From NCBI GenBank assembly GCA_022868165.1, contig JALHYA010000008.1, positions 38,444 through 102,443 on the forward strand: a DNA stretch of 64,000 nt. Reading direction: 5' to 3'. The number at the start of each line of letters is the position of its first letter. Position 1 is the stretch's first letter. A program made the position numbers and the translations under genes. This DNA is from Patescibacteria group bacterium. GTDB taxonomy: Bacteria; Patescibacteriota; Microgenomatia; UBA8517. Under the pieces are notes generated by a model that saw only the letters and a program-made list of their open reading frames with translations, was not told the origin of the DNA and ran no database searches. Shown piece by piece: positions 19,562-29,130 of this stretch.

Positions 19562-21470
19562 TTAGTTTTTTGTAATCGAAGAAATATAAATTTGGCAATA
19601 CTTCTTGCGAGTTGCAAACTATTTCGTTATTCAGTTTTCTAAGGTAGAAAGCATTGTCATCTTCATATGGAAAGCGTTTTACCACCTTAGTTCTGTCAGA
19701 AATACATGTATTCGGAGTTGCCGTCCAAAATTCCATTTTCTTTTCTATTGCGGCAGGAATAACCTCGTCTATCTTTAACCCCTCAAGAGGTGGATTTTCA
19801 TAATAGCAGTTGGTCATAAAAGAACGCATCATACCGTCGTTCTCATACCAAATCATATCCGGATCAAATCGGGCTAAAGGAACTGCTTTTCCGTCAGGAG
19901 GATTTTCACACCAGAAAGTGGCCTCAGCCATTCGGGGTACAATATATCTTACCCAATCATAAATATTTGCTCTGCCTATTGAATAGTTAATTTCATTCCA
20001 ATTTAAAAACTTCAAGCTGTTTGTTTCTTTCACAACATCGACATAATTAAAAAGCACCGTTATGGATAGAAAAACTAATGCAAAATTTTTCATTAGATTA
20101 AGAAAATCATCAGAGAAATCCGCGAAGAACTGAACTGATATAAGGACCATTAATAAAAGTTGCAAATGTTGGTGGTATCTGTCCAAAAAGCCAGAAAAAT
20201 ACTTGAGCATTAAAAGCTCAAGTAAAAATGACGCTATAAGAAAAAGGCTAATTAGCTTTACCTTTCGGTTTTTATTGAGAAGTACTATTAAAGGCGAAGC
20301 GAAAACCATAATGTGCAAAAATTTATTGCCCGAAAGAAGCGTTTTTATAATTGGATAAAAGTTTTGCATATTAACTTTTGTTGTCCAGCCGCTAAAAAAT
20401 CCGGAACCCCAAGGACAATCCGCCGCATATCTACCAGCGCAATGAAAGATGAAGGGATAAACTGGGTTGCCGTAGAAATACAAGTTTTTAAGGTACCAAT
20501 ATCCTCCAAAAATAGTTAACAAAAGGAAAGATTTAATTATTGTTCTTCTATTAATTATTTTTATGTATTTTTTTCGGAACCAGAAAACTATGAAGGAGGA
20601 AACCAATAGAAAAGAAGCAAACGCTGTCAAAACCGTATATTTTGTACCAAACGCCAATGCCCAAAAAAGCATGGATAATAACAAAGATTCTCGTTTTGGC
20701 TTCAGCAAAAATGCAATTCCGTAAACCAGACCAATTAGAAGAAAAGAGAAAGTCCCGACATCAACGAAGCCTAAAGTTGAAACAAAAACTATTCCCTGTC
20801 GCAAGCTTAAAAAGATAAAAACAAACAGAAAGCCGACTAGATAGTTGAAGTGGGCTCTCAGCATTCGAAAAGCAAATAGTAAACTTGTCGCCAAAATCAA
20901 AAAATGGAAGAGCCTTGCTATGGAATAGGTTCTAGTTAGAGAAAAAATAAGTATAAAAAACGTGTCCAGATTCCGAGGTAGGTTCATATATAAACCACCG
21001 TTAAATTTCCAAAAAACACCAAGGTCTCTCACAAGCGCAGAGGGAGAAATAAAATGATATGCCATTTCGTCTGAATAATATGGTGGCAGCGAAGCTCTAA
21101 CAAAGACTGCGGGCAATAAAAAGGAAATTAATAAAATCGGAATTCTTACTTCCCAAAGTGCCTTGCCAAGATTAACTATCTCTTTGTTTTTAAGATAATT
21201 AGGAATCGAAATTAAAGAAAGCGCTACAACACTAATAATTAATGGTGTTCTCTGGGGAAGAACAATAAAACCCAATAGAAACCAGATAAAAACAAATACC
21301 CCTAAACCAATAATCCAATTTATTATTCTCGACTCATCATCCTTTTCGCGTCTTATCAAGATCTTTTTTACAAAGGTTCCGAGAATATCTAAAAATATAA
21401 AAAGAATCAAAAAATAAGAAAGCGTTTGAAAATTAAGAGGCTGAAAAAAATCAGAAAGTTTTAATAGCAT
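19542..21470 (-). CDS. Multi-pass membrane protein, probable GT-C glycosyltransferase
   Basis: Many TM segments, YYSDEMAYH acidic loop motif, WYLKN...GNPVYP motif and a Cys-containing C-terminal soluble domain. Confidence 0.6.
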   Translation of the reverse strand: MLLKLSDFFQPLNFQTLSYFLILFIFLDILGTFVKKILIRREKDDESRIINWIIGLGVFVFIWFLLGFIVLPQRTPLIISVVALSLISIPNYLKNKEIVNLGKALWEVRIPILLISFLLPAVFVRASLPPYYSDEMAYHFISPSALVRDLGVFWKFNGGLYMNLPRNLDTFFILIFSLTRTYSIARLFHFLILATSLLFAFRMLRAHFNYLVGFLFVFIFLSLRQGIVFVSTLGFVDVGTFSFLLIGLVYGIAFLLKPKRESLLLSMLFWALAFGTKYTVLTAFASFLLVSSFIVFWFRKKYIKIINRRTIIKSFLLLTIFGGYWYLKNLYFYGNPVYPFIFHCAGRYAADCPWGSGFFSGWTTKVNMQNFYPIIKTLLSGNKFLHIMVFASPLIVLLNKNRKVKLISLFLIASFLLELLMLKYFSGFLDRYHQHLQLLLMVLISVQFFADFSDDFLNLMKNFALVFLSITVLFNYVDVVKETNSLKFLNWNEINYSIGRANIYDWVRYIVPRMAEATFWCENPPDGKAVPLARFDPDMIWYENDGMMRSFMTNCYYENPPLEGLKIDEVIPAAIEKKMEFWTATPNTCISDRTKVVKRFPYEDDNAFYLRKLNNEIVCNSQEVLPNLYFFDYKKLNGNTKI

Positions 21471-21497
21471 AGCTGTCCGTATTTTTGATTCTGCTGT

Positions 21498-21506
21498 ATT
21501 ATATCA
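21498..21506 (-). promoter_or_regulatory. Extended -10 promoter for the 21470-12507 minus-strand operon
   Basis: Minus strand reads TGATATAAT (TGnTATAAT), 27 nt upstream of ATG 21470. Confidence 0.6.
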
Positions 21507-21532
21507 ACTTTTACTTGTATTATTGGTTTATT

Positions 21533-22087
21533 ATGGCGGTCGCAGACATCACAACACCTATTAGAGCCAAGCTTATTGTCGGTTCTTACAAAGGCTGGAT
21601 GAAAAAGGGTAGTAAGGTTCTTGATGTCGGTTGCGGAACGGGCATTGTCGCTGACGAATTGGCTCACAAGCTAAAAATAAAAGTTGTGGGATGTGATATC
21701 GACCAATATCTTGTTAGAAAAATACCATTTAAAAAGATAGCTTCCGGCTCACACCTTCCTTTTAAATCTCGAGAATTCGATGCTGTTATGTTAAATGATG
21801 TCTTGCATCATACCGAGTACTCTATACAGGAAAAGCTTTTATCCGAATCTCTGCGTGTCGCAAATAAAGTGCTAATTTTTGAACTAAGGCCTACGACAAT
21901 TGGGAAAGTACTCGATTTCATTATTAATAAAATCCACAATCCAAAAATGCCAATACCATTTACCTACCGTAGCGATAAAGAGTGGGAAAAGCTTTTCAGA
22001 AAAAATCATTTGAAGTTCAAAAAAAAGAAAGTTGTTTCCCCTTTTTATTATCCTTTCTCTCACATATCTTACCGAGTCAAAAGATAG
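21533..22087 (+). CDS. Class I SAM methyltransferase (type 11)
   Basis: VLDVGCGTG and FDAVMLNDVLHH motifs. Start set at ATG 21533. Confidence 0.85.
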   Translation: MAVADITTPIRAKLIVGSYKGWMKKGSKVLDVGCGTGIVADELAHKLKIKVVGCDIDQYLVRKIPFKKIASGSHLPFKSREFDAVMLNDVLHHTEYSIQEKLLSESLRVANKVLIFELRPTTIGKVLDFIINKIHNPKMPIPFTYRSDKEWEKLFRKNHLKFKKKKVVSPFYYPFSHISYRVKR

Positions 22088-22100
22088 GTATGCTTCTAAT

Positions 22101-22841
22101 ATGAAAAATAAACTGGGACATCAGAAAAAATATTTTAACGAGATTGCAGAAAATTATCACTCTCTTTCTTCTAGTAGTATTGCCAGCGCAGAAAAATTAA
22201 AAAAGGCTACAAGGGAATTTATAAAAGGCAATGTGTTAGATGTGGGCAGCGGAGGAATTATCAATTATGATATTCGAAATGCAAGAAAGCTGGTTCTATC
22301 TGATATTGCCGTAGAAACATTAAAAAATCCCCAAATAATAGAGAATGGCAAGTTACATACGATTAAGAACAACAAAATTAGTTTTGTTGAAGCTAGCGCT
22401 CTAAGTTTGCCCTTTAAAAAGAATTCATTCGATACGGTAATAATGGTTACTACCGCCCACCATTTATCTGAAAATTCATTATCAAAAACAAAACGCAATA
22501 TACTAAACGCATTTTCCGAAATTAATAAAGTTTTGAAAAAGGATGGAATATTTATTATCCATGAATGTTTTTTGTTTCCTCTCCTAAAGTTTCTTCAAGA
22601 AATATTTTTTGAACCTTCTTTTTGGCTACTTTTTAAAGTTGGTAAACCCCTTCCCTACTTCATGTCCGAAAGACAAATAGTGCAATATTTGAAAACTGCT
22701 GGATTTAGAGTTATCAAAAGGAAGAGCATTCCATCCGGAGAAAAGATTTATCTACCGCTATTTCCAAAATTATCTCCCCCGGGTAAAATCTGGGACAAAC
22801 TTCTCAAAAGTGAGGTCTACATAACAAAGAAGATACGATAA
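22101..22841 (+). CDS. Class I SAM methyltransferase (type 11)
   Basis: VLDVGSGG, LPFKKNSFDTV, AHH and LKKDG motifs. Start set at ATG 22101. Confidence 0.85.
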   Translation: MKNKLGHQKKYFNEIAENYHSLSSSSIASAEKLKKATREFIKGNVLDVGSGGIINYDIRNARKLVLSDIAVETLKNPQIIENGKLHTIKNNKISFVEASALSLPFKKNSFDTVIMVTTAHHLSENSLSKTKRNILNAFSEINKVLKKDGIFIIHECFLFPLLKFLQEIFFEPSFWLLFKVGKPLPYFMSERQIVQYLKTAGFRVIKRKSIPSGEKIYLPLFPKLSPPGKIWDKLLKSEVYITKKIR

Positions 22842-22847
22842 TTTATT

Positions 22848-23654
22848 TTAAGAATCTTTAAAAGTGTCGATATATTTTCCAAACAACCAAACCATTATCC
22901 CATTTATTTTTCTTTTCTTGAGCTCGCCGAAAAGTTGTCTGTAAGAATTCCATTTGTTTTTCAAATAGGAATCTTTTAGAGAGGTACTCTTTTTGTGATA
23001 TCTGTATCTGACCAATCTTTTAGGTACGATAACTAACATACCCCTATCCATAACCTCTAACGCAAACTTCCAGTCTTCCCCGCCGAAGTTATAATTTGAG
23101 TCAAACTTTAACTCTTTTATTTTGTCTGCCCTGAAAACCTCGTGCGATAGCTGACAGAGATAAAAAGCGCTGCGGGGCATAGTTTTGCGGTGGAAAAGAT
23201 AGAAAAGTAATTGAAATATGTCTCTAATAGCTGAGAGGATATAAATTTTTATTTTGAAGCCCGCAGGCATATCTTTATCAAAAAGCGGGGACGACATCGC
23301 AACCGAGCCAACATAATTCCCTTTTGAAATGTTTTTGATTGATTGCCTCAAAAAATCCTTTTTCCAAATGTCATCGGCATCCAAAAACACCACAAAGTCC
23401 GTATTGATAAAATTAAGAGCTTGATTGCGCGCCGGTCCGGACTTTAAATTCTTGCGATTTCTGATAACTTTAACCTGGGGCAAACTCTTTTTTATTATCG
23501 GCCCCAAAGGTTCCGGCGAACAGTCGTCTACAACGATAATTTTAATGGAGTAATTTCCTTTTTGGCTATAGACACTCCTTAGCGTTTCCAGAAGAAGCTC
23601 AGGTTTTGAATAGGCAGGTATTATTACGGTAACGCTAATCTTATCTTTTGGCAT
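22848..23654 (-). CDS. GT2 glycosyltransferase
   Basis: VIIPAY, VVDDCS, FLDADD and GEDW motifs. Confidence 0.88.
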   Translation of the reverse strand: MPKDKISVTVIIPAYSKPELLLETLRSVYSQKGNYSIKIIVVDDCSPEPLGPIIKKSLPQVKVIRNRKNLKSGPARNQALNFINTDFVVFLDADDIWKKDFLRQSIKNISKGNYVGSVAMSSPLFDKDMPAGFKIKIYILSAIRDIFQLLFYLFHRKTMPRSAFYLCQLSHEVFRADKIKELKFDSNYNFGGEDWKFALEVMDRGMLVIVPKRLVRYRYHKKSTSLKDSYLKNKWNSYRQLFGELKKRKINGIMVWLFGKYIDTFKDS

Positions 23655-24444
23655 AAATATATCCGATTTTATTTTCTATGTCGTTGTATCGGTGAGTCAG
23701 TCTAAATCCGTTATCTTTCAAGATATTAATTAAATCGTGATGATTTTGTTTGGAATTCATCTCGTGAAACTCCAAGGCAACTGTCTTTACTCTTTTCAAA
23801 ATATAACCGGGGCAGTAAGCCAAAATGTCATATTCCGCTCCCTCGCAGTCGATTTTCAGATAGTTACAAACTTTAATTTTGTTGTCTAAAAAGATATCCT
23901 CCAGAGTAACTGTTTTTATTGTTTCAAATTTTCTTTCCTCGCGGCTCTTATAGATGCTGCTCAAGCCCGTTTTCCCCAACTCATACAATTTAATCTTTCC
24001 CTTACCTTTATATACCGCCAGTTTAAAAGGTATTATCTGTCTTTCCATTCCATTTAAAAGAATATTTTCATTAAGTTGGTCAAAAGCCATGCTTCCCGGT
24101 TCATAACTATATATTTTTGCCTTTTGCATCTTAAGTGCTGCTAGAATCGAAAAAGCTCCAATGTTGGCTCCAATATCTATTACAGTAGCTTGACGCAGAG
24201 AGGATTTAATTTTGTATTCGTTTGATGCAAAAACTTCTTTTATTATCCACGCATCCATAAAATCTTTCGCTTTAAACCTTAGACCATTTCTTAATCTTAA
24301 AATCCGCCCCTTTTTAAAACTTATTACACCAAATGCCCCCAGGGGTACAGTTGGCCAATTTTCAATAATATTTATTAGTTTAAACGAGGAAATAAAATAC
24401 TTTAGTAATCTATACGCCTTTGGGTAAGATTTCGGTTGGTTCAT
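23641..24444 (-). CDS. FkbM-family methyltransferase
   Basis: VIDIGANIG, YEP, LKIDCEGAE and EFH motifs. Confidence 0.9.
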   Translation of the reverse strand: MNQPKSYPKAYRLLKYFISSFKLINIIENWPTVPLGAFGVISFKKGRILRLRNGLRFKAKDFMDAWIIKEVFASNEYKIKSSLRQATVIDIGANIGAFSILAALKMQKAKIYSYEPGSMAFDQLNENILLNGMERQIIPFKLAVYKGKGKIKLYELGKTGLSSIYKSREERKFETIKTVTLEDIFLDNKIKVCNYLKIDCEGAEYDILAYCPGYILKRVKTVALEFHEMNSKQNHHDLINILKDNGFRLTHRYNDIENKIGYIYAKR

Positions 24445-24448
24445 CTAT

Positions 24449-25516
24449 TTATTTTAAATCCGGCAACCGATTTACCAAGTGAGTCTTGATTGTTTCTATC
24501 AGAAAAACCCATATAAATGTAATTGCATCAATCGACGATAATAAAATTTTCGTACCCAAATGCTCATCGGGCAAAAAAAGAATTATCAAAATCGTAAAAA
24601 AGAGAAGAAAAATTGTAATTGGAACGAGGGGAACAGAATTCAGAAATGTGGAAATAAGATTGGGTTTCCCCTCTATTGCGAAAGAAAAGTATTCCAACGC
24701 CAAAAGGCTCAGAAAAACTACAAAGAAGAAGAGTAGGAAAAAGCTGGTAAATCCAAAACTATAAGGAAGAGATATAAATGCCAAAACCAAAAAAAGAAGC
24801 ATTGTTAAAACCAAAAATATTGGCTTAAGAAGCAAAATTGCTTTAAGGTGCCGCCAGCCGTCGGCCCATCTTGCCAAATGCGGGGGTCTTCCCCTCTTAT
24901 CTTTGTAAAAGTAAATTGGGACCTCCATATATTTTCCGTGTTTAATCGCAGTTTTTAATAAAAGCTCGCTCGCCCACTCCATTCCGGCAGATTTCATATT
25001 TAGCAGTTTATAAAAAGACTTTTTGACCATTCGCATTCCGGAATTACAATCCGAAGTCGGTATCCGGTAGGCAATGCGGATAAGAAATGTCAAAACCGGA
25101 GTCCCTAAATATCTGTGAAGAATTGGCATTGCCCCCCTCGATATTGTTCCTCTTAACCTGGAGCCCAATACCAAGTCGGGTTTTTCTTCGATTGTGTTTT
25201 TAAACTTCTTTAGGTTTTTAAAAGGATAGCTTAAGTCCGCATCGGCAAAAACAACAAACTCTCCCCTACTCTTCATTATTCCCCAGTGAAGTGCTGCACC
25301 ATATCCTTTAATAGGAACGTTGATTACCCTTATTTCCTTTATCTTTTTTAGAATTTCCCATGAGCCATCCGTACTTCCGTTATCAGCAACTACTATTTCC
25401 CAATCTTTCGGGAAAAACTTCTTGGCATTTTTTTTGGCGTCTGCCACCGCTCTCGCAATTGTTTTCTTCTCATTAAGGCAGGGAATAAGCAAGCTTATGG
25501 TTGGCCGCTTTGACAT
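24449..25516 (-). CDS. DPM1-like GT2 (polyprenol-phosphate sugar synthase) with C-terminal TM helices
   Basis: IPCLNE, DNGSTDG, GYGAAL, DADLSY, DCNSGMR and DGWRH motifs with a hydrophobic C-terminus. Start set at ATG 25516. Confidence 0.83.
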   Translation of the reverse strand: MSKRPTISLLIPCLNEKKTIARAVADAKKNAKKFFPKDWEIVVADNGSTDGSWEILKKIKEIRVINVPIKGYGAALHWGIMKSRGEFVVFADADLSYPFKNLKKFKNTIEEKPDLVLGSRLRGTISRGAMPILHRYLGTPVLTFLIRIAYRIPTSDCNSGMRMVKKSFYKLLNMKSAGMEWASELLLKTAIKHGKYMEVPIYFYKDKRGRPPHLARWADGWRHLKAILLLKPIFLVLTMLLFLVLAFISLPYSFGFTSFFLLFFFVVFLSLLALEYFSFAIEGKPNLISTFLNSVPLVPITIFLLFFTILIILFLPDEHLGTKILLSSIDAITFIWVFLIETIKTHLVNRLPDLK

Positions 25517-25522
25517 AGCCGA

Positions 25523-25610
25523 ATTATACAACAAAAGGCTAAAGCCTGAAGTTTTCTTGAATGCTGTTATAAGCGAAGCTTGAAACAGCTTATTTAAAAG
25601 CTGTTATAAT
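25523..25610. promoter_or_regulatory. Divergent promoter region
   Basis: Minus strand TATAAT (25523-28) lies 6 nt before ATG 25516. Plus strand TGTTATAAT (25602-10). Inverted repeat AACAGCT-N8-AGCTGTT (25584-25605) overlaps the plus-strand -10. Confidence 0.55.
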
Positions 25611-25630
25611 GTGCTACTTTTGAAATTTTA

Positions 25631-26866
25631 ATGCATAAAAATCGCCTTAAAAATTATTATCTGGAGGATACAAAGAAACTCATAAAATTTCTTGTCCCCA
25701 AAGATGCCAAAACATTAATCATGGAAAAGAGCAATTTTAGACCAAAGGGCAAATACGATTTTATTGTGGTCAACGAACTAATTGGGGATATCGAAGATGT
25801 CCAAGAATTTTTCTCGAGAATAAGAACACTTTGCGACAACAAGGCGCGAATCTTGGTGACTTATTACAATTTTCTCTGGAGGCCAATAATCAAGTTTGCA
25901 ACCTTTATGGGCTGGAGAAAAGACACCAGCGAACAAAATTGGCTTGACAACAACGATATAGCTAATCTTCTTGAACTCGCCGGTTTGGAAATCGTCACCA
26001 GTCAAAAAAGACTCCTATTCCCAATCGAAATTCCTATTCTGTCCCAATTTGTCAATCGCTGGATAGCTCCGCTTCCTGTAATAAATACTTTTTGTCTTAA
26101 AACATGGACGCTGGCAAAATTAAAACAAGAAAAAAGGAAAGAATATAGCGTTTCGATAGTAGTCCCGGCCAGAAATGAAAAGGGTAATATCCCCCATATA
26201 GCGAAGTCTATTCCTAAAGTTGGCACTCGACGGGAAGTAATTTTTATAGAAGGTCATTCTCAGGACAATACATGGGACGAGATTCAGAAACTTTTTAAAT
26301 CGAAGGCTGCGAAAGGTGTATCAATCAAGGCCTTTCAACAGAAGGGTGTGGGCAAGGCAGATGCTGTGCGAATGGGATTTGATAAAGCCAAGGGGGACAT
26401 TTTAATGATTTTAGATGCCGACCTTACCGTAGCCCCAAAAGAATTGCCAAAATTCTACAACGTGCTTTCTAATGGACAGGCAGAATTTGCGAACGGCTCG
26501 AGACTGGTCTACCCCATGGAAAAGGAAGCAATGAACACCCTCAATATTTTGGGAAACCGAACTTTTAGCTGGTTATTTACTTGGATTCTTGGCCAAAGAT
26601 TCAAGGATACTCTCTGCGGAACAAAAGCCCTATTTCGAAAGGATTATTTGAAGATAGTCAAAAATAGAGGTTTCTTTGGAGATTTCGACCCCTTCGGAGA
26701 TTTTGATCTAATATTCGGGGCAATTAAACAAAACCTCAAAATCGCGGAAATACCCATACGCTACAGGGAAAGGGTCTATGGAATGACCAATATACGACGG
26801 TTCAGACACGGCTGGTTACTGCTGAAAATGACTTGGTTTGCTTATAAAAAATTTAATATCCTTTAG
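25631..26866 (+). CDS. DPM1-like GT2 fused to a degenerate methyltransferase-like N-terminal domain
   Basis: C-terminal half has VVPARNE, GKADAVR, LDADL, DTLCGTK and DPFGDFDL. N-terminal YDFIVVNELIGDIEDVQ resembles a methyltransferase but lacks GxGxG. Confidence 0.8.
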   Translation: MHKNRLKNYYLEDTKKLIKFLVPKDAKTLIMEKSNFRPKGKYDFIVVNELIGDIEDVQEFFSRIRTLCDNKARILVTYYNFLWRPIIKFATFMGWRKDTSEQNWLDNNDIANLLELAGLEIVTSQKRLLFPIEIPILSQFVNRWIAPLPVINTFCLKTWTLAKLKQEKRKEYSVSIVVPARNEKGNIPHIAKSIPKVGTRREVIFIEGHSQDNTWDEIQKLFKSKAAKGVSIKAFQQKGVGKADAVRMGFDKAKGDILMILDADLTVAPKELPKFYNVLSNGQAEFANGSRLVYPMEKEAMNTLNILGNRTFSWLFTWILGQRFKDTLCGTKALFRKDYLKIVKNRGFFGDFDPFGDFDLIFGAIKQNLKIAEIPIRYRERVYGMTNIRRFRHGWLLLKMTWFAYKKFNIL

Positions 26867-27602
26867 TAGCTATAAGATTAACGTATGACATTTTTCCCTG
26901 GTTTTTGCCGTAAAGGCGGTTTTTATAATCTTCTTCCAAATAACTTATTTTAAATCCTGAGCTTTTGAGAAGCTTAAGAAAATTTCTTGCGGATGCTCCT
27001 GCTCGTCTAAGGTAGAAAAACGAAAATTCGCTTAATAATATTAGCTTTTTCGTTCCTTTTAAAATTTTTGCCATTCCGAGAAGAACTTCGTATTCGAATC
27101 CCTGGGTATCAATCTTAATAAAATCTATCTGGTGGCCATCAAAATATTTGTCAATTGCAATAACCCTTGTAGGTACAATTTTTCTCTTTTCCCCATTATT
27201 GTAAGTAAGGTGGTCAACATTTAATGTGTTCGAAACATAAAGATTTATTGTTCCGTTTTTCTTCCCTACTGCAAGATTGTTTAACTTTACGTTCTTCAGT
27301 CGACCACATAGCCTTTTTAGATTCCTGAAATTATTTTTTTCCGGTTCGAACGCATATACTTTTCCTTTCCTGCCTACCAAATCCGATAAAATCAAAGTAA
27401 AAAAACCTATGTTTGCCCCTATATCAAGAACAATCATCCCCGGTTTTATGACTTTCTTAATAAACTCTATTTCCTCTCTTTCGTTAAACCGCTTATACAA
27501 AAAATACAAATTTTTATACAAAGCGAAGTTTGTTTTATAGAGGCGGTTTATGAAAGCAAAAGGTAGTGTCGGATCAATAATATCCATTAGGTTATTTATC
27601 AT
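26853..27602 (-). CDS. FkbM-family methyltransferase
   Basis: VLDIGANIG, AFEP and FIKIDTQGFE motifs. Confidence 0.9.
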   Translation of the reverse strand: MINNLMDIIDPTLPFAFINRLYKTNFALYKNLYFLYKRFNEREEIEFIKKVIKPGMIVLDIGANIGFFTLILSDLVGRKGKVYAFEPEKNNFRNLKRLCGRLKNVKLNNLAVGKKNGTINLYVSNTLNVDHLTYNNGEKRKIVPTRVIAIDKYFDGHQIDFIKIDTQGFEYEVLLGMAKILKGTKKLILLSEFSFFYLRRAGASARNFLKLLKSSGFKISYLEEDYKNRLYGKNQGKMSYVNLIATKGY

Positions 27603-29130
27603 TATTCCCGATGCAATGGCTAGATTTAATTATTCCCATATCATCCGTACCGGGTATGGATTCAAATTTTAAAGAACGATTCTTGTATTTCTCAAGGAAA
27701 AGAACCGAAGACGACCTTTGAATATAAAGCTGGTCCCAGCAGGCATCGAAAACTCCAACTTCCTGACCGTTTCCAAGTATAATTGTATTCAAAGTATATC
27801 TTAATTGATATAGGTTTGGCTTATATAAGGCGATTTCTTTAATAAACATTCCTGCGTGTTCTCTTGCCCATAATAGTGAAAAATCTTTTGTTCTCCCCCA
27901 TTCCCAGACCACAGCACTCGCTGGCGGATGAGAGACTATATATTGCTCAAGTACGGCCTCTTTTTGCGAGGCCAGCAGAATATTCGAATAATTTAATCTA
28001 ATATTTGTCAATACGACGGGAATTAAAACAATGGCAAAAGCAACCTTGATAACGTTGGGCAACTTATTAAGCACAACACAAGCCATGTAGACGGCCAAAA
28101 CATAGTTGGCAAGTTGATAATAATTCAGGGGGTATTTGGAAAAAATCGCCAATGAAATAACGGTTCCAATTGCCGTCATTACAAGTGGCGAGATAATTTT
28201 TAGCTTTCCCGTAGCAATTCGAACTCCAACGGCCAAAACAGAAACTATAATCAAAAGAAAAGGAAATTTCTCTCGACTGATCAGGCTTTTTATCGATATA
28301 AGATATGACCCCAAATCAAACAAGGCTTTTTTACCTCCCCCCTGTATTCCGGTAGTCGAAGCCAAGGTAGTTACCCATTTTAATAACTGCGGATAGGTAT
28401 GTCTTATAGGCCAAGTAGAGATTAAGAATCCAGCAGCAATTACAAATCCAGAAAAGATTAGGTTATAAATTTTTTGTTTATTTTTGAGACCATTCAAAGT
28501 AAACACCAGGGCTATCGTAATAAAAGTAACCGGAAAATTTGTAAATTTATTGGCAAGAGCTATTCCTGCGAGAAAAGACATAAATATTAAAGTAATTGGA
28601 GATCTGGACTCTACAAAGAAAGAAAATATCAATAGCCACAGAGAAACCAAGAAAAACGATAGTGTCTCAGGAACTAAAGATGTGCCGAAATATGGAAATT
28701 GACTAAAGATATATAAAGATAGCCAAGCAAGAATGATAGCAATTTTGGATTTTGTAGATTTGAATATTGATAACAAAAATATTCCAACCGAGAGACTCAA
28801 CAGAAAAGCCTGAAAATACCTGATGAGGTGATAAATATATTGGACATTCTCAAAAACCCACGCAATAAAGTGGACCCCTAATATAAAGTGCGTGTACAAG
28901 CCAAGCGGCAATAGAACATAAGAAAAAAGTAATATTGTCGGGGTTCCAGGATGAACATAAAATACAATTCTTTTGGCAGAAACATATAGCAAAGAATTGC
29001 TTAAATAAGGAACGTCGGGATCTATTGTGTAAAATGTAGATGCCGGCCCAATACGGAATAAGATACTTGCGGCCAAAAGAAAGGTTAATAAAGAAAAGGT
29101 CGTTATAATAACAATCCAAGATTTTCTCAT
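27592..29130 (-). CDS. Multi-pass membrane protein, probable GT-C glycosyltransferase
   Basis: IDPDVPY after TM1, HPG, PETL and LANKF motifs, many TMs and a soluble C-terminal domain. Confidence 0.58.
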   Translation of the reverse strand: MRKSWIVIITTFSLLTFLLAASILFRIGPASTFYTIDPDVPYLSNSLLYVSAKRIVFYVHPGTPTILLFSYVLLPLGLYTHFILGVHFIAWVFENVQYIYHLIRYFQAFLLSLSVGIFLLSIFKSTKSKIAIILAWLSLYIFSQFPYFGTSLVPETLSFFLVSLWLLIFSFFVESRSPITLIFMSFLAGIALANKFTNFPVTFITIALVFTLNGLKNKQKIYNLIFSGFVIAAGFLISTWPIRHTYPQLLKWVTTLASTTGIQGGGKKALFDLGSYLISIKSLISREKFPFLLIIVSVLAVGVRIATGKLKIISPLVMTAIGTVISLAIFSKYPLNYYQLANYVLAVYMACVVLNKLPNVIKVAFAIVLIPVVLTNIRLNYSNILLASQKEAVLEQYIVSHPPASAVVWEWGRTKDFSLLWAREHAGMFIKEIALYKPNLYQLRYTLNTIILGNGQEVGVFDACWDQLYIQRSSSVLFLEKYKNRSLKFESIPGTDDMGIIKSSHCIGNNDK

